Below are positions 49,860-62,190 of a stretch of 64,000 nucleotides of DNA, piece by piece. The position numbers were made by a program, and so were the translations under genes. The DNA is from Takakia lepidozioides. Taxonomy: Eukaryota; Plantae; Bryophyta. Location of the stretch: positions 85,684,001 to 85,748,000 of the forward strand of contig CM060731.1 in NCBI GenBank assembly GCA_030704615.1, given 5' to 3'. The notes beneath the pieces were generated by a model, which saw only the letters and a list, made by a program, of their open reading frames with translations, had not been told where the DNA came from and did not search any database. Each line of letters opens with the position of its first letter. The stretch's first letter is position 1.

Positions 49860-51880
49860 CCCCGAATGGAAATTCGGCACCCAACATCCAACAGAGGAAG
49901 CCCGGATGAAGTCGCCTCGGGCGCAGAGGCCGGAGTGTGTGCGACAGAGAACATCCCCTGGATGGAGATTCGGCGCCGAATTTCCATCCGGTCCCCCCAA
50001 AGGGAGTCGTGTCGGGGGGTCAGGCCGAAAACTGGACGGCATAAAAACATCCCCAGATGGAAAAACGGCGCCGAATTTCCATCCGGGGCGATTCGGATGC
50101 AGTCGGGGAGGGGGGAGTGGCCTGCAGTTGGCTGTCACATTTCAACCCCCGGACGGAAATTCGGCAACGAATATCGAACAGGGGACGCCCGGATGAAGTC
50201 GCCTGGGGCACAGAGGCCGGCCAGTGTGCGACAGAGAACATCCCCTGGACGGCCATTCGGCGCCGAATTTCCATCCGGGCCCCCCAAAGGAAGTGTTGTC
50301 GGGGGGTCAGAGCGAAAACTGGCCGACATAAAAACCTCCACAGATGGGAAAACGGCGCCGAATTTCAATTCGGGCCGTTCCAATGCAGTCGGGGAGGGGG
50401 AGAGGTCGGAACCTGGCAGTCATATTTCAACCCCCGGGACGGAAATTCGGCACCGAATATCCAACAGAGCGGCGGAGAGGCGGCACCTCTCCGACAGAGA
50501 CCATCCCCCGGATGGAGATTCGGCGCCGAATTTCCATCCAGCAGGTAAGTGGAATCTCGGATGGATGAGATTCGACGCCGAATTTCCATCCTGCAGGTAA
50601 TTCGAATCCCGGACGAATGGAAATTCGGCGCCGAATTTCCATCCAGCAGGTAAGTGGAATCTCGGATGGATGGAGATTCGGCGCCGAATTTCCATCCTGC
50701 AGGTAATTCGAATCCCGGACGAATGGAAATTCGGCGCCGAATTTCCATCCAGCAGGTAAGTGGAATCTCGGATGGATGGAGATTCGGCGCCGAATTTCCA
50801 TCCTGCAGGTAATTCGAATCCCGGACGAATGGAAATTCGGCGCCGAATTTCCATCCAGCAGGTAAGTGGAATCTCGGATGGATGGAGATTCGGCGCCGAA
50901 TTTCCATCCTGCAGGTAATTCGAATCCCGGACGAATGGAAATTCGGCGCCGAATTTCCATCCAGCAGGTAAGTGGAACCTCGGATGGATGGAGATTCGGC
51001 GCCGGATTTCCATCATGCAGGTAATTCGAATCACGGATGAATGGAAATTCGGCGCCGAATTTCCATCCAGCAGGTAAGTCGAATCCCGAATAAATGGAAA
51101 TCCGGCGCCGAATTTCCATCCAGCAGGTAAGTCGGATCAGTGCCGTATGGATATTCGGCGCCGGATTTCCACTCGCCATTTATTTCTGAGCGAGGAATTA
51201 CCTTCGTGCAGGTAATTCCCATATAAGAATTACCTTCGTGCAGGTAATTCGCATACAAGAATTACTTCGTGCAGGTAATTTCCAGATGACAATTACCTTC
51301 CTGCAGGTAATTCCAATCGATGTTTATTCCTCGTCCAGAATTACCTGCACAAAGGTAATTTTCATCTGGAAATTACCTGCACGAAGGTAATTCTTGTATG
51401 CGAATTACCTGCACGAAGTAATTCTTATATGGGAATTACCTGCACGAAGGTAATTCCTCGCTCAGAAATAAATGGCGAATGGAAATTCGGCGCCGAATAT
51501 CCATATGGCACCGATCCGACTTACCTGCTGGATGGAAATTCGGCGCCGAATTTCCATTCATCCACGATTCGAATTACCTGCAGGATGGAAATTCGGTGCC
51601 GAATTACCTGCTTCAGGGAAATTTGGCGCACCGCCCTACCTGCGCGGATGGAAATTCGGCGCCGGATTTCCATCCGCGCGCTTTCGAATTACCTGCTCGA
51701 AGGAAATTTGGCGCACCGCCCTCCTGCGCGGATGGAAATTCGGCGCCGGATTTCCATCCGCGCGCATCCGAATTACCTGCTTGAAGGAAATTTGGCGCAC
51801 CGCCCTACCTGCGCGGATGGAAATTCGGCGCCGGATTTCCATCCGCGCGCTTCCGAATTACCTGCGTGAGGGAAATTCCG
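49860..51880. repeat. Intergenic palindrome arrays (ATGGAAATTCGGCGCCGAATTTCCAT), including a 53/106-bp array and a large inverted repeat
   Basis: 53-bp monomers alternating as 106-bp dimers at 50510-51170, inverted arms centred near 51325, and 84-85-bp units at 51641, 51725 and 51810. Confidence 0.95.
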
Positions 51881-52613
51881 GGACTGTTTTCGTCGATTTT
51901 CTTCCGACATGGAGGGCTTCATCCGACATTTAATTGCGCAGTTGGGCAATAAATGTCGACGGCCGTCGGTTATTATTCGGGCTGGCGACGCATGGCTTCC
52001 TGGACACGTACCCTAAATCTCATGCTAACTTGGCTTAACATGGTATTCCAGGCATGTACCCAAAAAAGGAGATCTTTTTGGCTGGGACTTATGCCGCCTG
52101 AAGGGCGTGGCTCTCCTGAGAGAGACCTCAGATCCAGACCGCGGCGGAAGTTGAAAGCTCTGTACTACGGACGACGGCCAATCTCTCGCATGGCCAAACT
52201 GAAGCTCCAGCAGGAGATTCCAGTGTCTTGCTCACAACCTGCGCCAACTGAAGCCGAGTACTCTCAGGCAAGCCACTTCTGCTTTCGGTTTGTTCGATTT
52301 CTTTTTTGCTTTCGCTTCGTTACCTCGCTTTGTTTCTGCATCTTCATCCTGGCTTTGCTTTATGAGTGAACTTTAGATAGTTGACTGAACCTTAGATTGT
52401 TTGCAATGCGTGTGCAAATCCGGCAGCTCTGGAGAAGGCTGCTTGTGCATGTCATTCTTAGGCAATGGTTGCATTTGTTTTCATTGTTGTTGCATGGCTC
52501 TCCATACTTCCTAAACTTGTTATGTTTTCATTTTTGCTACATGATTGCTGCTATGGTGGTTGCGCTGCTGTTTTTGCACCACTGTTGGTGTTCACGATTT
52601 TTGTCAATCACAG

Positions 52614-55600
52614 AGTGACGACGAGCCCGGCACGCTGGTGGTATCATCGACAGCTCCAACTCATCGCATGTTTGAATCGCCCAACTTGGGGCGAGAGGGC
52701 AAACTTAAATCTTTTGTTGGTGGACGGGAGGACTTGCAACGAGATTACGATAGAGTAGGCATTGGGGAGGTTGGTGCAGGCGGCATGGCAGGTGAAGGGC
52801 GTGAGGACATGAGGACAGCAGATCCGGCAATGGAGGTTGTTCATGCACATGCAGTAGGGCCCGCCCACGCAAAGAAAAAGAAGAAAGCTAAGCACATGCA
52901 ATCCCCGGCGAGAGAGCAGTCACGGGCTGCGGAGGGGGGAGTGAGCAGTGCGCGCGAGGGTGTCAGTTCGCCTCAATCAAAGGTGGTCGTCCTGGAGGGC
53001 TCCCCTGTTGCTAGCCCTAGTAAGAAACAGAAAGCCCGTGAGAGGGCAAAAGAGAGGGCAAAAGAACAGACGAGACAGAATGCTAGCAAGGAGGAAAGAC
53101 AAAAGGCAGCTGAAGAGGCCAGGGGTGCCCAAATGACAGATGTCAATGTAAGCGAGGGACACACAGAGACGGTGGATCCCTACAAGACACCACAGAGAGG
53201 CAGTAGCACACCGGTTAGACCATCGCGGGCAAGTGCAGCCCCCGCAATTACCCATACGGTGGAGAGTGGAGGAGAGGAAAGAACACCTGAAAGAGCACCG
53301 ATTGTGCAAGTTCGAGGTGAAGCCAGGGAGAGGGCAGTAGAGACGACGAGAGTGCTGGAGGTGGTTTCGCAGGTGGCTGACCCTGTTGAGGAGGACGACA
53401 TGGATGTTTCTGACCAGGATGACATTCTCCCGGACATCCCCAGGCCCCAAACCCGGAGCATACAGGCTGGATTTGGCGGTCTTGGTGGGCTGCCGGAAAA
53501 CCCCTCTGCAGCAGACGTCATGTCTGAGGCGGATATGAAGTTGGCCGCTGCCAAGATGTTGGAGGCAACCCACAGCAACATTGGCAGGGTGCTGGGGGGC
53601 ATGGTGTACCCGGCCAAGCTTCGAATTCCCCTTTGCCGCTTGGTGTCATTGCAGGTGGTGAGACCTGCCCTCCCAGGCGATATCGACAAGCTGAAATTCT
53701 CTTTCCGGGATGGATATCGAATGGGGTCTGCCGCCTTTTACGTTTCCATTGAGAACGACCACGGAGCTTCCCGTGCCCACACTTCCGATGAGGTGGACAA
53801 ATGGGGTCCCCATTGGCAAACGCGAAATGAGGAGTTCGAGAGATCGATTGCTAGTGATCCTCTTTTCCAGCACATGTCCGGTAAGATGTTCTACGTGTGG
53901 GACGGCAATCATCGCCTCCTGGCATGGATGGAGCACATTGCCCAAGCCCACCCCAACGATCTCGATTGGCATTTCGCCGTCGATTGTGTTGTGCTGAAGG
54001 TTGCGGGGCCCAAAGATCGCAGTCTTCTCAAAGCTGCAATGGCCGACATCAACTCGTAGGCTACAACCCCTCTCGCTTTTGGACTTTGAATTTGGAAGTC
54101 ATTTCATTGCGAATCCTCATATATGATGAAAATTCCCATTTCAGTATTGTTTGATGGAAATGTGGCACTGCAGGGTGACTGAGAATGCCTTCATTGCCAC
54201 CAACTTGTCCCATATGCTCTTCCGAGTGAAGGATGTCGGGAAGCAGGGGGTGCAAGAGTTTGCCAATTCCCTCAGTGCCGACCTCCTGCGCAAGTCGGAG
54301 GCAAAGGCAGACAGAACCTGGTATAGGCTGAGCGTCGACGCCATGGTGGACTACATATTTCGGGTAAAGCTCCTGCAGTTTTGTTGAGCTAATTTGTCTC
54401 TCCTCCCCCAATAGAAGAAATTGTGTTGAGCAGGATCTCTAATCTTATGTGCTGCTTTTCGACAGACGAAAATACAGCAGGATTTGGCACATGCGCGGAG
54501 GTTCTACATGGAGTCAGAGGAGAAGAATCCAACCCTCCCGGAACTCGAATCGTATGTCAAAGCTGCGGAGGTGAGGGCCCGCATAAAGTACAAGTCGCGG
54601 ATGGTAAAGTACGTGGCCATAGCTGATCCCGCCCTTGGTGCCGACTTTCTGGTGGAGGTGGGAAAGCACTACTCTCGCGCTCTGAAGCCCACGATGACAT
54701 TGGAGAAGCTCCATCGTCTAGCCACATCCTGTGTGGATGCAACAGAAAAGGTGATACATTCTTAACCAAATTGTGGTGGCAACAACTCCTTTTTGTGGTG
54801 TTTGGCGCTTACGAATATGCTGGGTGGTTGGACAGACCCGGTGGCTCCAAATCTGGAATGGTTCCCAAAGTACCAGGGACATGTGGAGCTTCCCCAAACC
54901 GGACAAACTCTCTGACCCCACATTCGACATGTGGATGAACCGCATGACATGGTGGTTTCAGGTACTTCCCCACGCTTCGTTTGGGGCTTGTACTCTAGTA
55001 GGGGGTGGATTCAATGTATTTTTTGAGGAAAGCGATCTGATGGACAATCTCCACAGGTGACGACGAATGCGCAAGAGCAGCTGGACACACAAGCACATCA
55101 GTTCAAGATGGAGATATCTCCTGCAGCAGAGAGCCTACGTGACTATGTGACGAGGTACTTTCTGCTCTACAAAACCAACCTATTCTTTCGGGAGATAGCA
55201 GATGCTCGCCGGAGCCACGAGTTCACCGACCAGCCGAACGCGGACAAAGCAGCAATGCGCCTTCTGTACAGGTACATACGCGCTGCCTTTCTTTCAAGTC
55301 CTGGCATTTCAGGATGTTAGAGGCCTAAGTGGTGTTAGGGAAAATGGCGCCGAATTTCCAGTCAGGGCTCCGAAAATGGCAAAGTCCCTAGACTGGCTGG
55401 CCCGGAACTGGAAATTCGGCGCCATTTTCCAGTTCCAGGCCCTATTGCCGTTCAGGGACTTAGCCATTTTCGGGCTAAGTCCCTAGTGTGGCTGGCCCGG
55501 AACTGGAAATTCGGCGCCGTTTTCCAGTTCTAGGCCCTATTGCCGTCCAGGGACTTAGCCATTTTCGGGCTAAGTCCCTAGACTGGCTGGCCCTGAAGTG

Positions 55601-58438
55601 GAAATTCGGTGCCATATTCCAGTTCCAGGCCCTATTGCCGTCCAGGGACTTAGCCATTTTCGGTCTAAGTCCCTAGGGTGGCTGGCCCGGAACTGGAAAT
55701 TCGGCGCCGTTTTCCAGTTCTAGGCCCTATTGCCGTCCAGGGACTTAGCCATTTTCGGGCTAAGTCCCTAGACTGGCTGGCCCTGAAGTGGAAATTCGGC
55801 GCCATATTCCAGTTCCAGGCCCTATTGCCGTCCAGGGACTTAGCCATTTTCGGTCTAAGTCCCTAGGGTGGCTGGCCCGGAACTGGAAATTCGGCGCCGT
55901 TTTCCAGTTCTAGGCCCTATTGCCGTCCAGGGACTTAGCCATTTTTGGTCTAAGTCCCTAGGGTGGCTGGCCCGGAAGTGGAAATTCGGCGCCGTTTTCC
56001 AGTTCCAGGCCCTATTGCCGTCCAGGGACTTAGCCATTTTCGGGCTAAGTCCCTAGACTGGGTGGCCCTGAAGTGGAAATTCGGCGCCATATTCCAGTTG
56101 TAGGCCCTATTGCCGTTCAGGGACTTAGCCATTTTCGGACCTCATTGGGTTTTTCATGAATGCAGGTACTGTAAGTTCTCGCTTTTGGAGAAAGGTCATC
56201 TGTCTTTCGAGCCACCATTCTTCCTGGCATGGAGGAACCCTGGGGCTGACTCCATGTACACTGACGATATTGTGAAGGAGTGGCATCTGGAACATTTGCG
56301 TGATTGCCCTTGGTATGTGGACCTTCCGCCCGGCTCGCTCGACCCATCCGAGTTTCAATTGAAGCTGGATGCTGAATTCCGACGAAACCGGGCTCCGCTG
56401 CCTCCGTTGGGTGCAAAAGAGGCAAAAGCGCTTGCGAACTCCAGGAAAGCGGCAGAGCTTGCTCAGGCAGGAATTCAGGAGAAATTGCATGAGAAGAGTA
56501 AAGGTCAAAGGAAAAGGACAAGGAAACAGGTGACTGCAGTAACACCCAAAAGAAGAAAACCATCGGGGCATCGGAGGAGGCGCAGGAGGGGACCCAAGAG
56601 AGTGACTCCGACGCCGATTTTGTTCAAGGTCCTGCGACTGCTGTTGCTCCTACCCAGTCACCGGTCGTCCGGGTTCCCAAGTCAGTTCGGAGTGGGACTG
56701 GCTCTGCCAAGAAGTTGGCATTTGAGGGCGAGCCTACACGGCGGTATTCGGCGGTGACGTTTACGCACAGGCCAAAGCTAGAACCTCCAACCATCATCCA
56801 ATGCGTCAATGAGAGCTTCCTTGACGCTCTCGCTGCCAGGGCGAAGAAGGTGGCACACAACAAGTCTCTGGCGGAGCAGAAGGGGAAAGCCAAGAAGAGG
56901 GCTGCCGGTACAGAGCCTAAAGACACCCCTGGTTTTGAAGCCATGATGGAATTCTTCACGGCTGTGAGCACGAATTGCAAGAGCACTCGGGGGGGGTTGA
57001 GGTGGAGAGAGCTTGCGACATGATTCTCCTCGACATTCCAGATGGGGAGCTGCTGGAGGGCCTGGATGGTGTGCCCACCTGGAACAGGTTTACTGAGGAC
57101 TACTGGAAAGCCGGGTTTGGGCTGGCGGGGATGCTTCTGGATGACGGTGGATGTGTGGTTGTCCTTGCCACGAGAGGGAAGACCACAGAGAATGCGGTGG
57201 CAAGGTGGACACCGAAAAGTGTCACCCCGGTCCTCCTCAGAAAATGGTTCTGCATCAGTACGCAGGGGTTGCGAACAGAGGGCCAAAGTGTAAGTTATCA
57301 ATCTATTGCATTCACTTCATATTGTGGTGTATGTTAAGTAGACCCTGGAATTGATCCCTTCTTTGTTGGATGTGCAGACATTGGTGTTTGAGGCATATTG
57401 CTTTGTGAAGAGAGGGTCTACGTTCAAATTCCGCAACGACGGTCGTCTTGTTGATGCCGCTGTGGACCATGTAACCTACGATGTCCTCTACAACTATGTG
57501 CCCCACTCTAGTATGCCGAAGGACACAAAGACAGGCAAACCGTGGCGGTACAGCCGGACCCGAAGCCCTGCTTTCATCCAAACCCTCATGGAGACGTGCT
57601 CGGATGTCCAAGGGCGGATTCTGGACCTCACATGCGGCACGGGTAAGCCTTCACGTGCTCAGTTTGTCCCCTGGCCCCATTGCAATTGCATGCCGCAAGC
57701 TATTAACCGCCCGCTTTGTTCCTCAGGTGCTTCAATGTGGGCAGGGACGTTGTCCGACAGGCATGTGTTCGCCTTCGAGCCAGATACTGCCCTCCACAAC
57801 TCGGAACTTGCAGCGGCTGAACGTCTGCCGAAAGAGGAAGAGGCATCCTCGGAGGATGAGGAAAAATCCGAGAAGGAGCAGGGGGAGGAAGTTGGGATCG
57901 AGGCCGAGGAGCCCCCGGTTTACGAGTGAGTGGTGGCATTGTAAGTTGCCTCCAGATTTTGTGAGGCACCTCCCTCCGCTCTCTTATTTCATTGAAAACC
58001 CTTTCTGGTTGTGCTGGTATTGACATTCTTCAAGTGCCTTTTTTTGCCAGGGGAGATTTCATGCCTAGTCCAGAAAGGGAGTACATCCTGCCTACTTATG
58101 CTGCCCGGCTTGCTTCGGTGTCCATTAGGAGGTGTTCCGAACGTAGTCGTGTACAGCAGATTTTAGACGAGGCAAGCCTCAAGAAAATGAAGATGAGGGA
58201 GGAGGCAGCAGCTATTAGAGCCCGTCGGGCTCGTAGATTTGTGTTGGATTCTGCTGAGGAAAGTGGGGGAGAAGACGCAGAAGATTCCCAGGAGGTGAGG
58301 TGGACAGTCCCCCAAGGAGAGGACGGGATTTTTGAGAGGCATAGTGGAACTGATGCATCACAGAGCTCGGAGGATGAGGGGGATGAGGGGGATGAGGAAG
58401 AAGGTGGGGCAAGTTCCTCGGAGGGTGTAGGAGAGTAG
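52614..58438 (+). CDS. Spliced ParB/Srx-like + beta-class N4/N6 DNA methyltransferase-like protein (~1,400 aa; start probably further upstream, near 51953)
   Basis: In-phase GT-AG exons 52614-54055, 54174-54363, 54466-54750, 54836-54961, 55057-55271, 56166-57289, 57378-57642, 57727-57925 and 58051-58438. FYVWDGNHRLLAW (DGNHR 53901-53915), DMILLDIPDG (DIPDG 57032-57046), RSPAFIQTLMETCSDVQGRILDLTCGTG/ASMWAGTLSDRHVFAFEPD. Two -1 frameshifts in the 56166-57289 exon. Confidence 0.85.
55335..56140. repeat. Intronic 95-bp tandem array (190-bp dimers) with two palindromes per unit
   Basis: Each unit has CTGGAAATTCGGCGCCGTTTTCCAG and GGGACTTAGCC-ATTTTC-GG(G)CTAAGTCCC. Confidence 0.95.
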
Positions 58439-58780
58439 TGCCCATTCCGGCTATGACAGTTAGAACACACTTGTATAGACGTGGCTTGCCACAAAATTTG
58501 CAATAAAATGTTGCATTTTAAGTCCACTGGTGCCACATTCCAACTTCACATGACCCTATTTCCGTGCCTCCTAACCCTATTTCCGTGGACTCACAATGGT
58601 CTGCTCATGCTTTTTTTTTTTCCGCTCATGCTCATGCCGCTCATGAAATAGCAGCCCCCAGTAGTTGGAAGCATAATGGAGGGATAAGGGACGCCATATC
58701 ATTGCACCGCAGATGATGTTGCACATTTGAATTTCACATTTCATAGCATGGTCGTCCACATACCACATGCATAGTTGATG

Positions 58781-61550
58781 CTACCCATGTGTTGTATCCC
58801 GCTGCAATAGAGTATCGACCTCGCTGAGACTCAGAGTGGCCTGGTGAACGAAGTTGTCACGTTTGGGATCGCAAACCATCCTCTTCAAAAATATGAAATA
58901 CAAATGTTTGCAGGGTATGAATTTACCTCTCTTGCCCAAACTGGTTGAGAGCATATTCACAAAATCAGGACATGTGCAATTGGGGAAATTGGAAACCGTG
59001 ATGTCGTAGGCCCTGTCATGAACAACAGATGTCGAAATGATCATTGTGTACACCCGACCATATCCTGGATCGGGCACTTCCGTGGTGCTTGCAACACGAG
59101 CTTGGAGCATTCTTGCAAACTCCACTTTGCCAAAGTGTTCAGCGGTTGGAAGGAAACGCCGAACGAGCTTTCCATCTCGTTTGGTTGGCCACAAGTGAGG
59201 ATTTGCTGGAGGGACCCGAGAGGACGCAGAGGTAGTAGCACATGCATGCAGTTGGGGTTGTCTTGCAAGGGAAAAGCCTGCCTCCTCCAGCATTGCAATC
59301 TCCTGACTTGTGAGATGTGTTCCCACCTTGACGGGCCAAACGGTTGGAGGAGCTGGCTTCATCACCACGGAAGGACGCACAGTTCCATGCATACATCTGC
59401 CACAATCATCTGCGCAGAACCAAAACTTGTGGTTCTTGGCTTCTGGTTGACCGTATGGACGCATCAAACCCGTGAAAGTCGGAGCAGGAGTCCGGGCACC
59501 ACCTCTGGATATAGATGAAGTGCACTTCTCGAAATTAGTTGCCCTGATCGCTGTACATTTCACACGAGACCCTGCACTTGTGCGTTCTATGTGCCAAACG
59601 TGGTCGGGGCATGCGGACTCAAGCACATCAAGGGGGTTGTTTCTCTCCTGCACCATTTCAGTGGCACTATTTGATGCTAGAGCCTGCCGTCGTGTTGGAG
59701 GTTCCTCCAGAATGGAGGTTCCAGAAATGGATTTGTCATGCAGGGGAACACGAGGCTTCGAGAAGTTATCACGGTCTGCCCTGTGCGAATCGGAATCCGA
59801 ACCAGGTGGAGTGTTCAATTTCCGCTTACACGAGCCGAATCTCTCCTCCCCTTCAAGATGTGGAACTCTAGAAACAAGTGGCGTTCCCTGGGCAAACATG
59901 CTCACCGCCCGTGCTATCTTGCTTGGATCCCCAGATCTGTTTGCAGCACGCAACATCAACTCCAATTTGTCCAGACCCTTGCCACCAACCCCACCTCGCA
60001 AGAAATCACGGTATCGGGTTTGTTGTTGCAAGGCACGTATCAAATCATCTATTGTTGCCACATACAAATCCCAACCTCGTTTCCCAAACTGTTGCAACCA
60101 TGCGTTGTACACAGTCTCTACCAAATTGCAAGATGGCATGTCCGCCATTTCCTCAATGGACATGTTCTGCAAAGTGGAGAACCGCACTTCAGAAAAGTGC
60201 ACAGAGAACAACATAAAGAAAGGAATGAGAGCAAAATTTGGAAAGTAAATGCATGAATAAAGCAAGCAATAGAAGCCTCGCACCATTGTCATGGCTGCTC
60301 CCCACTGTTTGTACCGGAAGTGCCAAAACGCCAGCCAATCTTCCAATGCTCTCATACTCTCAAGCGATGCAGCTCCAGAAGAGAACCACCACGCACGAAT
60401 TGTCTGGAACAAAGTGTCTGCCTCTTTCATTGTTCTAGCATCTTTGTACTCTTTGCACAATTTGCGGTGTTGTATCTGCATCTCTGGTTTGATGTCCGAC
60501 TTTGTATGTTTCTCCAGAGATTGTGTCCAATGGAATAGACATGTACGCTCTCTTCCCGACATTGGCACTTTTGGGTCACCTGATCCGAAGACACTTCGAA
60601 TTGCATTGAAATTCGCCTGAGCACTATCTGCCATGAAATCAGCGAAATTTAGAGATGACACCCCATGGCTGCCCATAACACGTATCAGGGAATTCCACAT
60701 GAGCTTCTGGGATTCTGTATCCTCGGATTGCATGACACACACTGCAATTGTCATAACTCATTGGTACACAGGATCGTAGACATGACAAGCCATTGTCGTC
60801 CAATCTTTCACTCGTTTCACATGATCAAACATAAGAAAACAATTCTGTAGGTCCCCACTCTTCTGCATCTGCTTCACGAGGCTAACCCCACTGCCCTCCC
60901 CAGCAGTCGACATTTTGAAAAGAAATACTTTGATGGCACCTTAACCTGGGAAAACATTGTCCTGGATAAAGTCGTACTTGCTCAGACGTTTCAATTCCAA
61001 AATGTTGTCTATGTAGCCTCTGATCCCAGAGCCCATTCTCAATGCATTGATCTGATGCCGAATGTTAGGTGAACTCAAAGTGGAGAAATAATCCATGACA
61101 ACGTCCAATGCTGAACCATCAAGTTTAGTCCCCACAGAATCCCCTTCACTCAAAATATGGCTTTCCAAGAAAAACTTGCTTGCGCCAAGAGCAATTGCAG
61201 ATGTTGTTGCGGATGGGTTTCTCTCGTACTCCTGTTTAATCAACCTCGACATTGTCTCAACACTCTCCCTGTAATCCCCCTTCGAGACAGGATGGTTATG
61301 GAAACCAAAATGCACACAAGCTCTTGTCATTGTTTTCAAACGGTGGACAACATAGTACATTCTTGCTCCGCACAGCGCCAGGCAAGATGGTACAAGTTTG
61401 CAGAATTTACAAACGAAAGTGTTTGCCGGTGGAGGAGCAGTCCCAGGCTTAAATGGATTTTCCGCGAGACCCTCCCACTCGCTTTGATTATGAACCCCAG
61501 ACTGAAGAAAGTGTCTGCAATTCAAATTATCACACCTAAGGTGTCCAAGC
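58781..61550 (-). pseudogene. Second, diverged MULE-SWIM transposase of the same clade; 5'-truncated, frameshifted near 60940
   Basis: CKFC..HFGFHNH, MFDHVKR, FMADSAQAN, CLFHW, SCNLVETV, SWIM CTCPDF..CKH. In-frame intron at the same site as copy 1 (~60280-60170). Confidence 0.9.
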
Positions 61551-62190
61551 ACTACAACAACAAGCAAGAGGAAACTAAGCAAATGAGCTAGATGAAGAGC
61601 AAGAAGGGCCTTGCTCTTCATTTATACTGTTTTTGTGTCCAACATTGTATCCTTGGAGGAACTATAGTTTAATATTCAACATGGATGAAAAGTCTTAGAA
61701 GCCAATGAAAGCTAGCTTTTCATCCATCCTGATGGATGACCAGTTGGTGCGAGTTGTCATTTCATCCGTCCAGCTCCTCAAGGCGAATTTAGGATTTTCC
61801 ATCCATCCATGAAGTAAAAATTCAAATAATCGGCTCCCGTGAGTGTCGTTGACTCAATAATTTGGTGCCATTGCTAATCTACTCCTTAAATCACCAAACT
61901 TGGTGACAAACTACAATTATATACCCCATATGAGCTTGTAAATTCTCAGGTCCATCAATGGTAAGAAGTCACTCCTTTCGCCCTTTGTCGTAGTTTCGCT
62001 ACATAAAGATTTTGTTTGTTTCTTGGAAATCAAATCCCTGGGGGTGGCTCTGGGGTCTTTGACCCTGCCACTGAGTCATAGGTTGTCCGGAGTCCCCTCC
62101 AATTGTCCCGCACCACTAACAAGCCCACGCTTTGTCGTTTGAAGTCGTCCTGACCACCCCGTTGCTACCCATGCAAGATCTTCTTTGGGA

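Larger units (their letters stand above)
45108..58658. mobile_element. Complete Mutator-like transposon (13.55 kb): transposase + ParB-MTase gene + palindrome arrays
   Basis: TSD CAGTAGTTG at 45099-45107 and 58659-58667 (identity extends to 11 bp, so the left end is uncertain by 2 nt). Inverted termini ..TGCTATTTCATGAGC.. with CATGAGC repeats. Confidence 0.9.

Noticed and set aside
50510-51170. CRISPR array, or long ORFs (180-250 aa) in several frames
   Set aside because: Spacers strictly alternate A/B, and the ORFs are repetitive translations (MEIRRRIS) of the tandem palindromes.
52545-58438. Bacterial/phage contamination or an integrated plasmid parABS locus
   Set aside because: The gene has in-phase spliceosomal introns, lies inside a TSD-bounded MULE, and no ParA or phage genes are present.
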